DNA of 64,000 nt from Veleropilina oligotropha (Eukaryota). The stretch is taken from contig JBEUKZ010000135.1 of the NCBI GenBank assembly GCA_048128005.1, forward strand, positions 62,001-126,000, given 5' to 3'. The notes beneath the pieces are model-generated. The model did no database searches. It was given only the letters and a program-made list of their open reading frames with translations, and was not told the DNA's origin. Each line of letters begins with the position of its first letter. Positions within the stretch are counted from its first letter, which is position 1. This document shows, one piece after another, positions 48,355 through 61,489 of this stretch. The position numbers and the translations under genes are program-made.

Positions 48355-51300
48355 TGAACTAAGAGAATCAATGTATCACTGTAAACTTACCAATCTTGTG
48401 TCTGAGCATGAATTTGGAGACCTTGATTTTTATCAGTTCAAAAAGCATCACGCATCGCTATACTTTCACTCAGGTGTCCAAATTGTTAAGCGCAACAAGA
48501 CACTATCTGTATATTTTTGTGAAAATTCACCAGCCGACCAAGCAAAGTTATTAGCACTGTGTAGGAAAAAGAGTGTTGGATACAGACAACAAGAACCACG
48601 GTCCGATATGTCTCGCCCTTTAAATATATATATCCATGTATCAGAAAATTCCATTCAATGAAAAACTTTAACCGAAAAAACTTTAACCGAAAATGACACG
48701 ACGCCGACGCCGACGACGCCGACGACGCCGGAAAATGTAATCCCTAAGTGTCGCTTTCCCTTCGGGGCGAGACAAAAATATGTTGAATATGAGAAAAAGG
48801 TAGTGAACTTGATGAAAGAAAAACTTGACGAGTGCAATCGCAAATGAAAGAAAAGGAATCCAAAAAGACTGAACATAAGGTCCATTTAATTGACACTGTT
48901 CAACGGCAAAGAGGGCCATGCATAACTGGCATTAATGTGGATTTGGTGATGAAACTTTGCGAGTCTGACGCAAAGATGAGATAGGCTTTGATAAACGAAA
49001 TGAGATATTTAAAGACCATCTTGGGTGTTAAAGACAAACAGTTGATATTTGGTAACAAATGTGCTAGTGAGCCCTGTAAAACATTAAAGGACATCTTAAC
49101 TCTGTCCACTGCCGTAAAAATAATTGATAGGATTCACGACCAGAGGGCAGAAAATGGCAAGCGTATAGCCAGTGACGATCTTGATGCTGCCAATAAAAGG
49201 ATTAAAATTAATGAACCTTTCTGAATTTTTCATAGGAACTGTTATTGATGTCATAGATTGTGATAAATTAATGCTGTTCTTCAGTTTATGTCAAAGAGTG
49301 CCAAAACACATTTAAGTGGCCACGTGTTGATGATGTTTCAACAGTTGAAAGTAAATTTGTTGTAGTTCATAACTTTGATGTTAATACAAGTAATGGAAGG
49401 ACATGGAATGTGCCCGAGGTTGACTATATTAACAGCATATTTGAGGATTACAAAACATGTACTTTTCAGAATTGGATTGTGTAGACCTGTAAATTGGTTT
49501 ATAAATTATATTAACTTTGGTCACATCCTGTGACATGATTCATATTTTAATATTTATTAATTTGTACAAATCATTTGTGATAACTTCTCAAATAGGAATG
49601 ATACATTGTATCTGTTAATTGCTGTCGCTGTTGGCTTCACATGAACATGAATGGATATTGAATTCATCAGATGGTGGATTATGATTATTATTATGTAAAA
49701 TGTATAAATAGCAATCATTTCTTTCTATTATATATTTCTGTTCTGGATGTATGCTTTACCTAAATAAATTGTTTTTGTCTCATTTATTGCTACTATATGT
49801 AAACTAAATTGTGTAATGAACATAACGATGAAAGACATTTGTCATTTTGCATCATATTTAATGTTATATATTTGCACATAATATTATAGATATGATATCA
49901 CAAATATATCTTGATATTGATTCTATCTTTATTAAAGAGTATTCCAAATTTGAAGGCTTTATCTCTTCTGGTTCTTTATTTATGAATGTTCAAAATGTTT
50001 GCAATTTTGACTAAAATGTCCAGATTTTGTCTTTCGGGCCAATGGATATTTTGATATTTTGATAATGGATATAATAACGAAGTACTGTTAACCATAGTAC
50101 AAGCAATTTCAGCATTGTGGAGTCAATAACTGTTAAATTATGTGTCTTGGAAAATGTCTCCTTGACCATTTTGGCAAGAATTCGCGATGACATATTTTCT
50201 TGTCAAATGATTCCATCATGCTTCATTCATAGTTCTATAACTTTTTTGTGCCCAATATATAGCCAATTATTCCTTTATTACTTGGTAATATAACTTGTAC
50301 AGCAAGTATGCACACTTTCAGACCATTGTCTCTTCTAATAATCTTTTTAGCTCATCTTGAAAATCTCTCTTCAAAGCTAGAGACTTGTTCAGAAATTTTT
50401 CGAAACCGGAAACCGATGGTTTAAAAAATGCCATAAAATGAAAAACGATTGTCCGATTTGCTTGAAATAAAAAGCTATTTACTTCATATTTACACTTCAT
50501 TCACTTGAGATATGTAAAACAAGATTAATTCTAGTTTGTAATTTTTTGTTGGGATACCTAATGGTAGCCTATTGCATAAGGGCGCAGTGAGTGTAGTGAG
50601 AATGTCCAATCCTCAGTCTGGCCAAGACGACCTCCTCTCGCCGAGTTGTTCTGCAAGAGGGGCCCCAATCACCAAGAAGAGGTTGAACATTCTGCAATTT
50701 ATTCCTTGTGCATTCACTCTAAGAGTGCTGCCAAGTAGAATTTATATATTTGTTTATGCTTTGTTTAAAATCTGAGTGTGGTAATCTACAATTTAGATAT
50801 TGTTAAAATATGAGGCTGCCTTGGCAGCTTGGTCAGCCTTCTCATTGCCTTGGATACCGATATGGCTCGGTATCCAGCAATAAATAATCAGGTAAAAGGT
50901 TGTTATAGTTCAATAAAATTTCCTGAACAATAACATTTCTATTCATCTCCCTCTGTGCTTGTAAGCTAAAAGATAATAAAACGCCGTTTAGTACTTGTAG
51001 AGATAAAATTAAGAGCAAGCTCTATTGCTTTTAGTTCTGCAGTATATATAGTCGCGCTGCCTGGCAGACGGTTTTGAAAACATTGTCTGCCAGTGACAGC
51101 GGCTGCTCCTACTAATTCTGCATCTTTTGAACCATCTGTATATATGCTTTGTACGATCTGAGTATTTCAGTTTCAAATCGTGCACTTTTGTGAGATAATC
51201 TGATGTGTCTGTGTTTGATTTTTTGAGTGATGCAAGCTGCAGGTCAATCACCGGTGCTTTTAGTGTCCATGGTGGCGTATCCGAAATGTGATTTGTTTTA

Positions 51301-53218
51301 ATTTGACCTAAATGTATGCCTGCGTTTTCAAGCGCTGGTTTAATGCGGATGCCATATGGTGAAATTTTGTTTGGTTTTGCCAGAAATAAATTTTCGTAAT
51401 TAGGTATAAATACAGTTTCGAAAGCTGGGTTAGATGGGTGTGATTTTAATTTGATTGCATATTGCAGTGATAATTTTTCACGTCTGTGTGTAAGAGATGG
51501 TTCATTGGCTTCGACATAGAGGCTTTCCATGGGTGATGTTCGGAAAGCCCCAAGTGCAAGTCGAAGCCCTTGATTATGGATTGGATCAAGCATTTTAAGA
51601 TATGAATGGCGAGCAGAGCCATATACTATGCTCCCATAATCAAGTTTTGATCTAATTAATGATCTGTATAGTCGTAATAAAACTGTTTTATCAGCACCCC
51701 ATTCAGTATTAGAAACTACTTTCATTAGATTCAAAGCGTTCTTGCATTTAGCTTTGATATATTTTATATGAGGTATGAAAGTCAGTTTGCGGTCAAATAT
51801 AAGGCCTAAAAATTTAAATTGGTCCACGACTGGAATCTCAAAGTCATCCAGTTTTAGCACAGGGTCGTCATGAATTTCACGATGCTGGCAGAAATGCATG
51901 CATTTAGTTTTGTCCTTTGAGAATTTAAATCCATTCTCTTCGGACCATATCTGTAATTTATTTAGGCCGTGTTGTAGCTGGCGTTCTATACTGTTCATAT
52001 TTGTTGAACGATAGCAAATGCCAAAATCGTCAACAAATAATGAACAGTCAGTGCCAGTACTAATACATTTGACGATACTGTTGATCTTAATACTGAATAG
52101 GGTGACTGATAAAATGCTTCCTTGAGGGACACCCATCTCCTGGTCGTGGATATCGGAGAGGGTGTCACCCACCTTCACTTGAAAATTTCTATCCTCAAGG
52201 AATTTCGAAATAAAATTGGGCAAGTGGCCCTTTAAACCAACATCAAACAAATCCTTCATAATCCCGTACTTCCAAGTAGTGTCGTAAGCCTTCTCTAGAT
52301 CGAAAAATACAGCAACTAAATGTCTGTTTAGGAAGGCCTCACGAACAAAAGTTTCCAGACGTACCAAGTGATCTGTGGTGCTCCGGTTGCGCCGGAACCC
52401 ACATTGATATTCTGTAAGTAAATTATTTGATTCTAAGTACCAAACTAATCTCTCGTTTATCATCCTTTCCATGGTTTTACAAATACAACTCGTCAGGGCT
52501 ATGGGTCGATAACTGTTGGGATGTGATGTATCTTTCAAATTGAGCCTTGTTTTTTCTTTTTGATGTTTAAAATGGCTGAATTTTGGAGTGCAGTTGTCGG
52601 ATGATGAATTGGCAGAAAATGTGTCTGCCAAGGTGTTTGCGATGTCTTTAGCCGTGTTGGCTTCTGAATTGGTTGTTTTAAAATGCTTGATGCAGTTGGG
52701 TGTATGCTTGCCGCTGATTTTACGGATCATATCCCATGTTTTTTTAATAGTAGAACGAGAGTTTAGTTTGGTAACGTAGGAATGCCAGGATTCCCTTATG
52801 CTATGCTTGATGGTACGTCTGGCTTGTGCTCTTAATAGCCTAAAGCTATTAAGATTTTGTAGTGTTGGGTACTGTTTAAATGTTGAAATTGCATGTATGC
52901 GTGCTTTGATTGCTTGTCTGCAGTCTTCATTAAACCAAGGTTTGCTTTTGTGTTTGGCATTTGGACAGGTTTTTGGAATTGATAGTGTTGCAATGTCGTG
53001 TAGTGTTGTAGCGAAACTTGATATTGGGTCTTCGCCATTAGTAAGGTGACCTTCGTGTAATTGGTCTTCACAAAGAGATTGGAATTTCCCCCAATCTGCT
53101 TTGTGAAGTTTCCACCTTTCTGTGTGTTCTTGTGCTTGGTTAATTGTGCTTTCCAGGAAAATTGGAAAGTGGTCGCTTCCACGGAGGTCCTCACCAACTT
53201 TCCAAGTAAAGTCCAGGA
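48355..53218. repeat. Segmental duplication, copy 1 (copy 2 at 56622-61489)
   Basis: Near-identical sequence from TGAACTAAGAGAATCAATG to GTAAAGTCCAGGA at an offset of ~8.27 kb. Confidence 0.95.
48588..48778 (+). mobile_element. Short HINE-like element (duplicate at ~56855-57020; same 5' head at ~25896)
   Basis: TGTCTCGCCC...GGGCGAGACA sub-terminal inverted repeat, (GACGCC)n microsatellite; the head ACAAGAACCACGGTCCGATATGTCTCGCCC also occurs at ~25896. Confidence 0.6.
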
Positions 53219-53784
53219 AAGCAGATGGGTCGCACATGGTAAGGTCAATGGTGGTAAGTGAGCCTGTAGCTGGATGCATGTATGTTGGCGATTTTGTATT
53301 ATTAAATAAACACAGATTGTGTTTCCCAATAAAGTCCTCTATTTAATGTCACCGTTTGTCTGTGTCAGTACCGATCCGCACTGTGGGCATTAAAAACGAC
53401 ACACAGTACAAATGGGGTCGGTAACTGATCGATGAGATTGTCAAGGTCAGTAGGTCGTAAGTTTGGACCAGGTGGTAAGTATACCGAGCAGATAGTTATT
53501 ACTCGGTGAATCGATATTTTCACCGCTACTGCCTGTAAGTTGGTGTTTAAGTTGACCTGGTTGTGTGGTGTTTTGTTGTTGATGATGATTGAACCCCCCC
53601 CCCTGTAGCCTTGTCACCTGTTGTGACAATGTGATTATATAGCGAGTGATCTTTAATGCGTATGTTTCATGTAAGTTTCATTGAGACAAAATGCTATTGG
53701 TTTGTGTTCTTTTATTAATAGACTGATCTCATCAATATTGGGTTTAATGCCTCTACAATTCCATTGTATTATTGTGCCTGACAT
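50587..53784 (-). pseudogene. I-group LINE ORF2 (APE endonuclease, RT, RNase H), decayed, with an internal deletion and 3' truncation
   Basis: ATG at 53784 begins MSGTIIQWNCRG...CLNET; GSDHFPI; YRPIALTS, FFDLEKAYD, GVPQGSILS, FVDD, KFLG; frameshifted RNase H (WIPSHIG, GNEKADQAAK). Confidence 0.92.
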
Positions 53785-53840
53785 GCTGGTTTAATGGTGT
53801 GTATTAGTATATATGTGTGTAATGTTATGTTTAAATTTGT

Positions 53841-54551
53841 CTATTTGTTCGGTGGAACTACGGGCTTTATAGCAGGTTTCGGTTTGTGCTGGCGATCCAA
53901 TGGTTCATCGCTTTCCATTGGATCGTTGGAAGGAGGAAGCGGCCCAGGTGGTTCGGGGCTCTCCGTCTGCCGGTGTAATTTGGCTGCTTCCGCCCTCCCA
54001 CCCTTCGTGGCAGCAGCAACAATTTCCGAAGCAAGGTCCTCTATAATAGTATCGGTATCAATTTGGTCATCTGATGGTTCGTTGTACCAGACGGGTAGAT
54101 ACATACCACCGATGTATAGGGTGTTCATAATAGTGCGGGTGACTCGCGTCATCCACACCTTACTCACACCGGTGGCGACCGTGGTGTCAAAATCGTGGTA
54201 CTCACGTACCATAGACTCTACCCGCCCAAAGACCGAAAAGGCCTCCTCAATATCGACGTCAGAGATTTCTAAAGGAACTCTGACGTTGATTAGCACGCGG
54301 TTTACATCAACTGGATGTAGCGGGCAGCTAACCCCGCTGATAGCAAGACCGCTATATATTAACTTGTCTCTGATGGCCGGCGTGGCCACAGAGACGTTCC
54401 ATATAGATTTTCTTATATGGATCAGGCCCTTAATAAGGCCGGGGCCTGTTACAATAACCCCCCTCAAGGCACGATACACGTCCACTGCCGCCGTCTTATC
54501 GTGCCTTGTGTCTAATCGAAGGGACAGTGGTCTGGCTACAGAAGACGCCAT
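53841..54551 (-). CDS. Non-LTR retrotransposon ORF1-like protein (L1/Tx1-like RRM-type N-terminus, no zinc knuckles)
   Basis: VPLEISDVDIEEAFSVFGRV...VATG...IGG...VWY resembles L1/Tx1-type ORF1; lies directly upstream of the LINE ORF2 start. Confidence 0.6.
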   Translation of the reverse strand: MASSVARPLSLRLDTRHDKTAAVDVYRALRGVIVTGPGLIKGLIHIRKSIWNVSVATPAIRDKLIYSGLAISGVSCPLHPVDVNRVLINVRVPLEISDVDIEEAFSVFGRVESMVREYHDFDTTVATGVSKVWMTRVTRTIMNTLYIGGMYLPVWYNEPSDDQIDTDTIIEDLASEIVAAATKGGRAEAAKLHRQTESPEPPGPLPPSNDPMESDEPLDRQHKPKPAIKPVVPPNK

Positions 54552-56039
54552 AATATTCAGGCCACTGCCCCTTTTATAATAATTATATTAAACAAACAGG
54601 TTCGAAAGCCAAGCAACAAAATACTATAAATAAGTTGCTGGTAGGCGGCTATTGTTTCGTACGAAACGGTGGCCACCGACGAGAGAACAAAGGCGGCAGC
54701 CTTTAGATGTCGATTTCAGCGCTATGCAAAGCCTAATATAAACCGCTAGCTGGGTGTAGAACCCGGATGTTAAGTTTAAACTCGCCAAAAACAACTTTTT
54801 TGATGAATAAAACCAGAAATAAAAAAAAATAAAACTAGCGGTCCGCTAATAAATAATAAAATTAAGATACAAGTGTATTTGAAGGGTGTCGCTGGTGAAA
54901 TTCGCGACGCACAAGTGTTGTTTCGTAACAATACTAACGGGAGATAACTCTCGCTAGTGGTTTGTTGACAACCCTTTTGACAAATTTCAACCTTCAAATA
55001 CACAAAATTAACAATATATATTACAAAATCATCCTAGCGGTTGTTAAGTATAGTGCTTTATAGCAACCTTACAACCGAAAACTCGAGTTGCAAGGTTGAA
55101 ATAAAGAAACTTTAGATTAATAGCCGGGAGCGGGGGAAAACACGGCCGGCGAGCTTTTTTGGTATCCAGTCAAATCGTCCCTTTGCCAAAACGTCCTCGC
55201 TTTCAGAGTCAAAACGTCCTCGCTTTCAATGAGCCCGCGTATAGAGTAATGTTCACGGATTACAGTACCAGTAAAGGGTTTCTTGATCCATATTAAACTA
55301 TTAACTAATATATTAATATTATTTAATTAAATAGTATTTTAATATTATTATTTGTTTCTATTTCTAGGCCATCAAGACTAGCAAGAAATACAGAATATAG
55401 ATGCTAGAAGCTCTTCATTAGGCCTAATAATACATTATTTGATGTTATTGTATATAATTATATTATAACCACGAAAGGAAAATAAAATATATCTATTATT
55501 TAACATTTCCATAGCCTATATTATATAATAAGAAGGAAAAATGTGGTCGTGTTGTTTTGAAAAAGTGATCTTTAAAATGCATTAATATGTTATCATGATA
55601 TATATGTATTTATCACATGAATGCTGTGTTATGTTGGCTTCGATGATTTATATGTAAAATTGATGCTGTTGTAGCGAAAGGGTAGAATTGCCATAAGTTT
55701 ACATTTCCAATGGTGAAATTGGTACATAGTACGAATATTGACTTTGCTCTAGTACGATAATAAGTATATAAAGTTTTTGTATACTGGTCCCAGGTTCTAC
55801 TGTGCAAAAGATACATTTAAAAGTACATACAATGTTTGTCATGTGTTTATGACGTGCAACGACAATTTGAAGAATGTACAGATTTGTATTTTGCACATTG
55901 GTCCTATTATGTTTATATCTTTTTGTGTGGATCACTTTACATTTTATGTTATATGAATAACGAATTTTGTCATGATTTAAATATGTGTTGCATTTGATAT
56001 AGATGATGTGGATGAAAATATGAAGATTGTCAAATTACA

Positions 56040-57737
56040 CCGGCGCAATTTCTTGCAATCATGATGCAAATTGGCTGTGAACAGCATAATCATCGTAGAA
56101 ATGGCAGCTGTTTTGTTTAAGAATTGCATGAAGGCGAGCTGACTATCGCTTATAAAGTCTTAAGTAAAATTCTGCTGGTCAATTTCTGCAGTCTTACAGA
56201 GCTATAACCATATTAGGTCATATATGGTAGTAGGTATCCCAACGCACAGGCCTAATTAGTGTTGTGAACTGATAGCATGGCTATGAATTGTGCGAATATT
56301 GCATTGGTTCAATAGTCTATATTATATGATATAAGCAACATAATAAAACAAATTTGGTAACATTAAATGATGGATGAGTTAAGTGATGTTTATAGTGAAT
56401 TTGAAAAAGAAGCTGTGCGGATAGGGGTCGAAACGACCCCTATCCTAAATATAGATAAGCAGAAATGAACAGGAAATAGCTATGACGTGTAAACAGTATC
56501 CGGAAGGGGCTGCAACTCTGTATCACCATAGAGAAGCAATTGAAGACTTTTTGCATCACAGAGAGTGTAGAAATTTAAAATTGAAAATTGTATTTTGAGA
56601 GTATGGTGAGACGGCGTCATCTGAACTAAGAGAATCAATGTATCACTGTAAACTTACCAATCTTGTGTCTGAGCATGAATTTGGAGACCTTGATTTTTCT
56701 CAGTTCAAAAAGTATCATGCATCGCTATACTTTCACTCAGGTGTCCAAATTGTTAAGCGCAACTAGACACTATCTGTATATTTTTGTGAAAATTCACCAG
56801 CCGACCAAGCAAAGTTATTAGCACTGTGTAGGAAAAAGAGTGTTGAATACAGACAACAAGAACCACGGTCCGATATGTCTCGCCCTTTAAATATATATAT
56901 CCATGTATCAGAAAATTCCATTCAATGAAAAACTTTAACCGAAAAAACTTTAACCGAAAATGACACGACGCCGAAAAATGTAATCCCTAAGTGTCGCTTT
57001 CCCTTCGGGGCGAGACAAAAATATGTTGAATATGAGAAAAAGGTAGTGAACTTGATGAAAGAAAAACTTGACGAGTGCAATCGCAAATGAAAGAAAAGTA
57101 ATCCAAAAAGACTGAACATAAGGTCCATTTAATTGCCACTGTTCAACGGCAAAGAGGGCCATGCATAACTGGCATTGATGTGGATTTGGTGATGAAACTT
57201 TGCGAGTCTGACGCAAAGATGAGATAGGCTTTGAAAAACGAAATGAGATATTTAAAGACCATCTTGGGTGTTAAAGACAAACAGTTGATATTTGGTAACA
57301 AATGTGCTAGTGAGCTCTGTAAAGCATTAAAGGACATCTTAACTCTGTCCACTGCCGTAAAAATAATTGATAGGATTCACGACCAGAGGGCAGAAAATGG
57401 CAAGCGTATAGCCAGTGACGATCTTGATGCTGCCAATAAAAGGATTATAATTAATGAACCTTTCTGAATTTTTCATAGGAACTGTAATTGATGTCATAGA
57501 TTGTGATAAATTAATGCTGTTCTTCAGTTTATGTCAAAGAGTGCCAAAAACACATTTAAGTGGCCACGTGTTGATGATGTTTCAACAGTTGAAAGTAAAT
57601 TTGTTGTAGTTCATAACTTTGATGTTAATACAAGTAATGGAAGGACATGGAATGTGCCCGAGGTTGACTATATTAACAGCATATTTGAGGATTACAAAAA
57701 CATGTACTTTTCAGAATTGGATTGTGTAGACCTGTAA
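56040..57737 (+). pseudogene. Degraded transposase-like coding remnant (partly duplicated at 48355-49490)
   Basis: Broken frames GAATLYHHREAIEDFL...RNLKL, EMRYLKTILG and FKWPRVDD; a possible terminus with repeated CAAAACGTCC at ~55161-55227. Confidence 0.35.
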
Positions 57738-60700
57738 ATTGGTTTATAAATTATATTAACTTTGGTCACATCCTGTGACATGATTCATATTTTAATATTT
57801 ATTAATTTGTACAAATCATTTGTGATAACTTCTCAAATGGGAATGATACATTGTATCTGTTAATTGCTGTCGCTGTTGGCTTCACATGAACATGAATGGA
57901 TATTGAATTCATCAGATGGTGGATTATGATTATTATTATGTAAAATGTATAAATAGCAATCATTTCTTTCTATTATATATTTCTGTTCTGGATGTATGCT
58001 TTACCTAAATAAATTGTTTTTGTCTCATTTATTGCTACTATATGTAAACTAAATTGTGTAATGAACATAATGATGAAAGACATTTGTCATTTTGCATCAT
58101 ATTTAATGTTATATATTTGCACATAATATTATAGATATGATATCACAAATATATCTTGATATTGATTCTATCTTTATTAAAGAGTATTCCAAATTTGAAG
58201 GCTTTATCTCTTCTGGTTCTTTATTTATGAATGTTCAAAATGTTTGCAATTTTGACTAAAATGTCCAGATTTTGTCTTTCGGGCCAATGGATATTTTGAT
58301 ATTTTGATAATGGATATAATAACGAAGTACTGTTAACCATAGTACAAGCAATTTCAGCATTGTGGAGTCAATAACTTTTAAATTATATGTCTTGGAAAAT
58401 GTCTCCTTGACCATTTTGGCAAGAATTCGCGATGACATATTTTCTTGTCAAATGATTCCATCATGCTTCATTCATAGTTCTATAACTTTTTGTGCCCAAT
58501 ATATAGCCAATTATTCCTTTATTACTTGGTAATGTAACTTGTACAGCAAGTATGCACACTTTCAGACCATTGTCTCTTCTAATAATCTTTTTAGCTCATC
58601 TTGAAAATCTCTCTTCAAAGCTAGAGACTTGTTCAGAAATTTTTCGAAACCGGAAACCGATGGTTTAAAAAATGCCATAAAATGAAAACCGATTGTCCGA
58701 TATGCTTGAAATAAAAAGCTATTTACTTCATTTTTACACTTCATTCACTTGAGATATGTAAAACAAGATTAATTCTAGTTCGTATTTTTTAGTTGGGATA
58801 CCTAATGGTAGCCTATTGCACAAGGGCGCAGTGAGTGTAGTGAGAATGTCCAATCCTCAGTCTGGCCAAGACGACATCCTCTCGCCGAGTTGTTCTGCAA
58901 GAGGGGCCCCAATCACCAAGAAGAGGTTGAACATTCTGCAATTTATTCCTTGTGCATTCACTCCAAGAGTGCTGCCAAGTAGAATTTATATATTTGTTTA
59001 TGCTTTGTTTAAAATCTGAGTGTGGTAATCTACAATTTAGATATTGTTAAAATATGAGGCTGCCTTGGCAGCTTGGTCAGCCTTCTCATTGCCTTGGATA
59101 CCGATATGGCTCGGTATCCAGCAATAAATAATGTCATTATCAGGTAAAAGGTTGTTATAGTTCAATAAAATTTCCTGAACAATAACATTTCTATTCATCT
59201 CCCTCTGTGCTTGTAAGCTAGAGAGGGAGTCTGAAAAGATAATAAAACACCGTTTAGTACTTGTAGAGATAAAATTAAGAGCAAGCTCTATTGCTTTTAG
59301 TTCTTCAGTATATAATTATAGTCGCGCTGCCTGGCAGACGGTTTTGAAAACATTGTCTGCCAGTGACAGCGGCTGCTCCTACTAATTCTGCATCTTTTGA
59401 ACCATCTGTGTATATGCTTTGTACGATCTGAGTATTTCAGTTTCAAATCGTGCACTTTTGTGAGATAATCTGATGTGTCTGTGTTTGATTTTTTGAGTGA
59501 TGCAAGCTGCAGGTCAATCACCGGTGCTCTTAGTGTCAATGGTGGCGTATCCGAAATGTGATTTGTTTTAATTTGACCTAAATGTATGCCTGCGTTTTCA
59601 AGCGCTGGTTTAATGCGGATGCCGAATGGTGAAATTTTGTTTGGTTTTGCCAGAAATAAATTTTCGTAATTAGGTGTAAATACAGTTTCGAAAGCTGGGT
59701 TAGATGGGTGTGATTTTAATTTGATTGCATATTGCAGTGATAATTTTTCACGTCTGTGTGTAAGAGATGGTTTATTGGCTTCGACATAGAGGCTTTCCAT
59801 GGGTGATGTGCGGAAAGCCCCAAGTGCAAGTCGAAGCCCTTGATTATGGATTGGATCAAGCATTTTAAGATATGAATGGCGAGCAGAGCCATATACTATG
59901 CTCCCATAATCAAGTTTTGATCTAATTAATGATCTGTATAGTCGTAATAAAACTGTTTTATCAGCACCCCATTCAGTATTAGAAACTACTTTCATTAGAT
60001 TCAAAGCGTTCTTGCATTTAGCTTTGATATATTTTATATGAGGTATGAAAGTCAGTTTGCGGTCAAATATAAGGCCTAAAAATTTAAATTGGTCCACGAC
60101 TGGAATCTCAAAGTCATCCAGTTTTAGCACAGGGTCGTCATGAATTTCACGATGCTGGCAGAAATGCATGCATTTAGTTTTGTCCTTTGAGAATTTAAAT
60201 CCATTCTCTTCGGACCATATCTGTAATTTATTTAGGCCGTGTTGTAGCTGGCGTTCTATACTGTTCATATTTGTTGAACGATAGCAAATGCCAAAATCGT
60301 CAACAAATAATGAACAGTCAGTGCCAGTACTAATACATTTGACGATACTGTTGATCTTAATACTGAATAGGGTGACTGATAAAATGCTTCCTTGAGGGAC
60401 ACCCATCTCCTGGTCGTGGATATCGGAGAGGGTGTCACCCACCTTCACTTGAAAATTTCTATCCTCAAGGAATTTCGAAATAAAATTGGGCAAGTGGCCC
60501 TTTAAACCAACATCAAACAAATCCTTCATAATCCCGTACTTCCAAGTAGTGTCGTAAGCCTTCTCTAGATCGAAAAATACAGCAACTAAATGTCTGTTTA
60601 GGAAGGCCTCACGAACAAAAGTTTCCAGACGTACCAAGTGATCTGTGGTGCTCCGGTTGCGCCGGAACCCACATTGATATTCTGTAAGTAAATTATTTGA

Positions 60701-61489
60701 TTCTAAGTACCAAACTAATCTCTCGTTTATCATCCTTTCCATGGTTTTACAAATACAACTCGTCAGGGCTATGGGTCGATAACTGTTGGGATGTGATGTA
60801 TCTTTCAAATTGAGCCTTGTTTTTTTCTTTTTGATGTTTAAAATGGCTGAATTTTGGAGTGCAGTTGTCGGATGATGAATTGGCAGAAAATGTGTCTGCC
60901 AAGGTGTTTGCGATGTCTTTATCCGTGTTGGCTTCTGAATTGGTTGTTTTAAAATGCTTGATGCAGTTGGGTGTATGCTTGCCGCTGATTTTACGGATCA
61001 TATCCCATGTTTTTTTAATAGTAGAACGAGAGTTTAGTTTGGTAACGTAGGAATGCCAGGATTCCCTTTTGCTATGCTTGATGGTACGTCTGGCTTGTGC
61101 TCTTAATAGCCTAAAGCTATTAAGATTTTGTAGTGTTGGGTACTGTTTAAATGTTGAAATTGCATGTATGCGTGCTTTGATTGCTTGTCTGCAGTCTTCA
61201 TTAAACCAAGGTTTGCTTTTGTGTTTGGCATTTGGACAAGTTTTTGGAATTGATAGTGTTGCAATGTCGTGTAGTGTTGTAGCGAAACTTGATATTGGGT
61301 CTTCGCCATTAGTAAGGTGACCTTCGTGTAATTGGTCTTCACAAAGAGATTGGAATTTCCCCCAATCTGCTTTGTGAAGTTGCCACCTTTCCGTGTGTTC
61401 TTGTGCTTGGTTAATTGTGCTTTCCAGGAAAATTGGAAAGTGGTCGCTTCCACGGAGGTCCTCACCAACTTTCCAAGTAAAGTCCAGGA
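56622..61489. repeat. Segmental duplication, copy 2
   Basis: Near-identical to 48355-53218. Confidence 0.95.
58830..61489 (-). pseudogene. Duplicate of the decayed I-group LINE ORF2
   Basis: ORFs 59297..60808 and 60747..61523 match 51009..53279, with an extra frameshift at the T-run near 60820. Confidence 0.92.

Noticed and set aside
53794..54579. 261-aa plus-strand ORF
   Set aside because: Antisense to the ORF1-like frame, which has the recognisable motifs.
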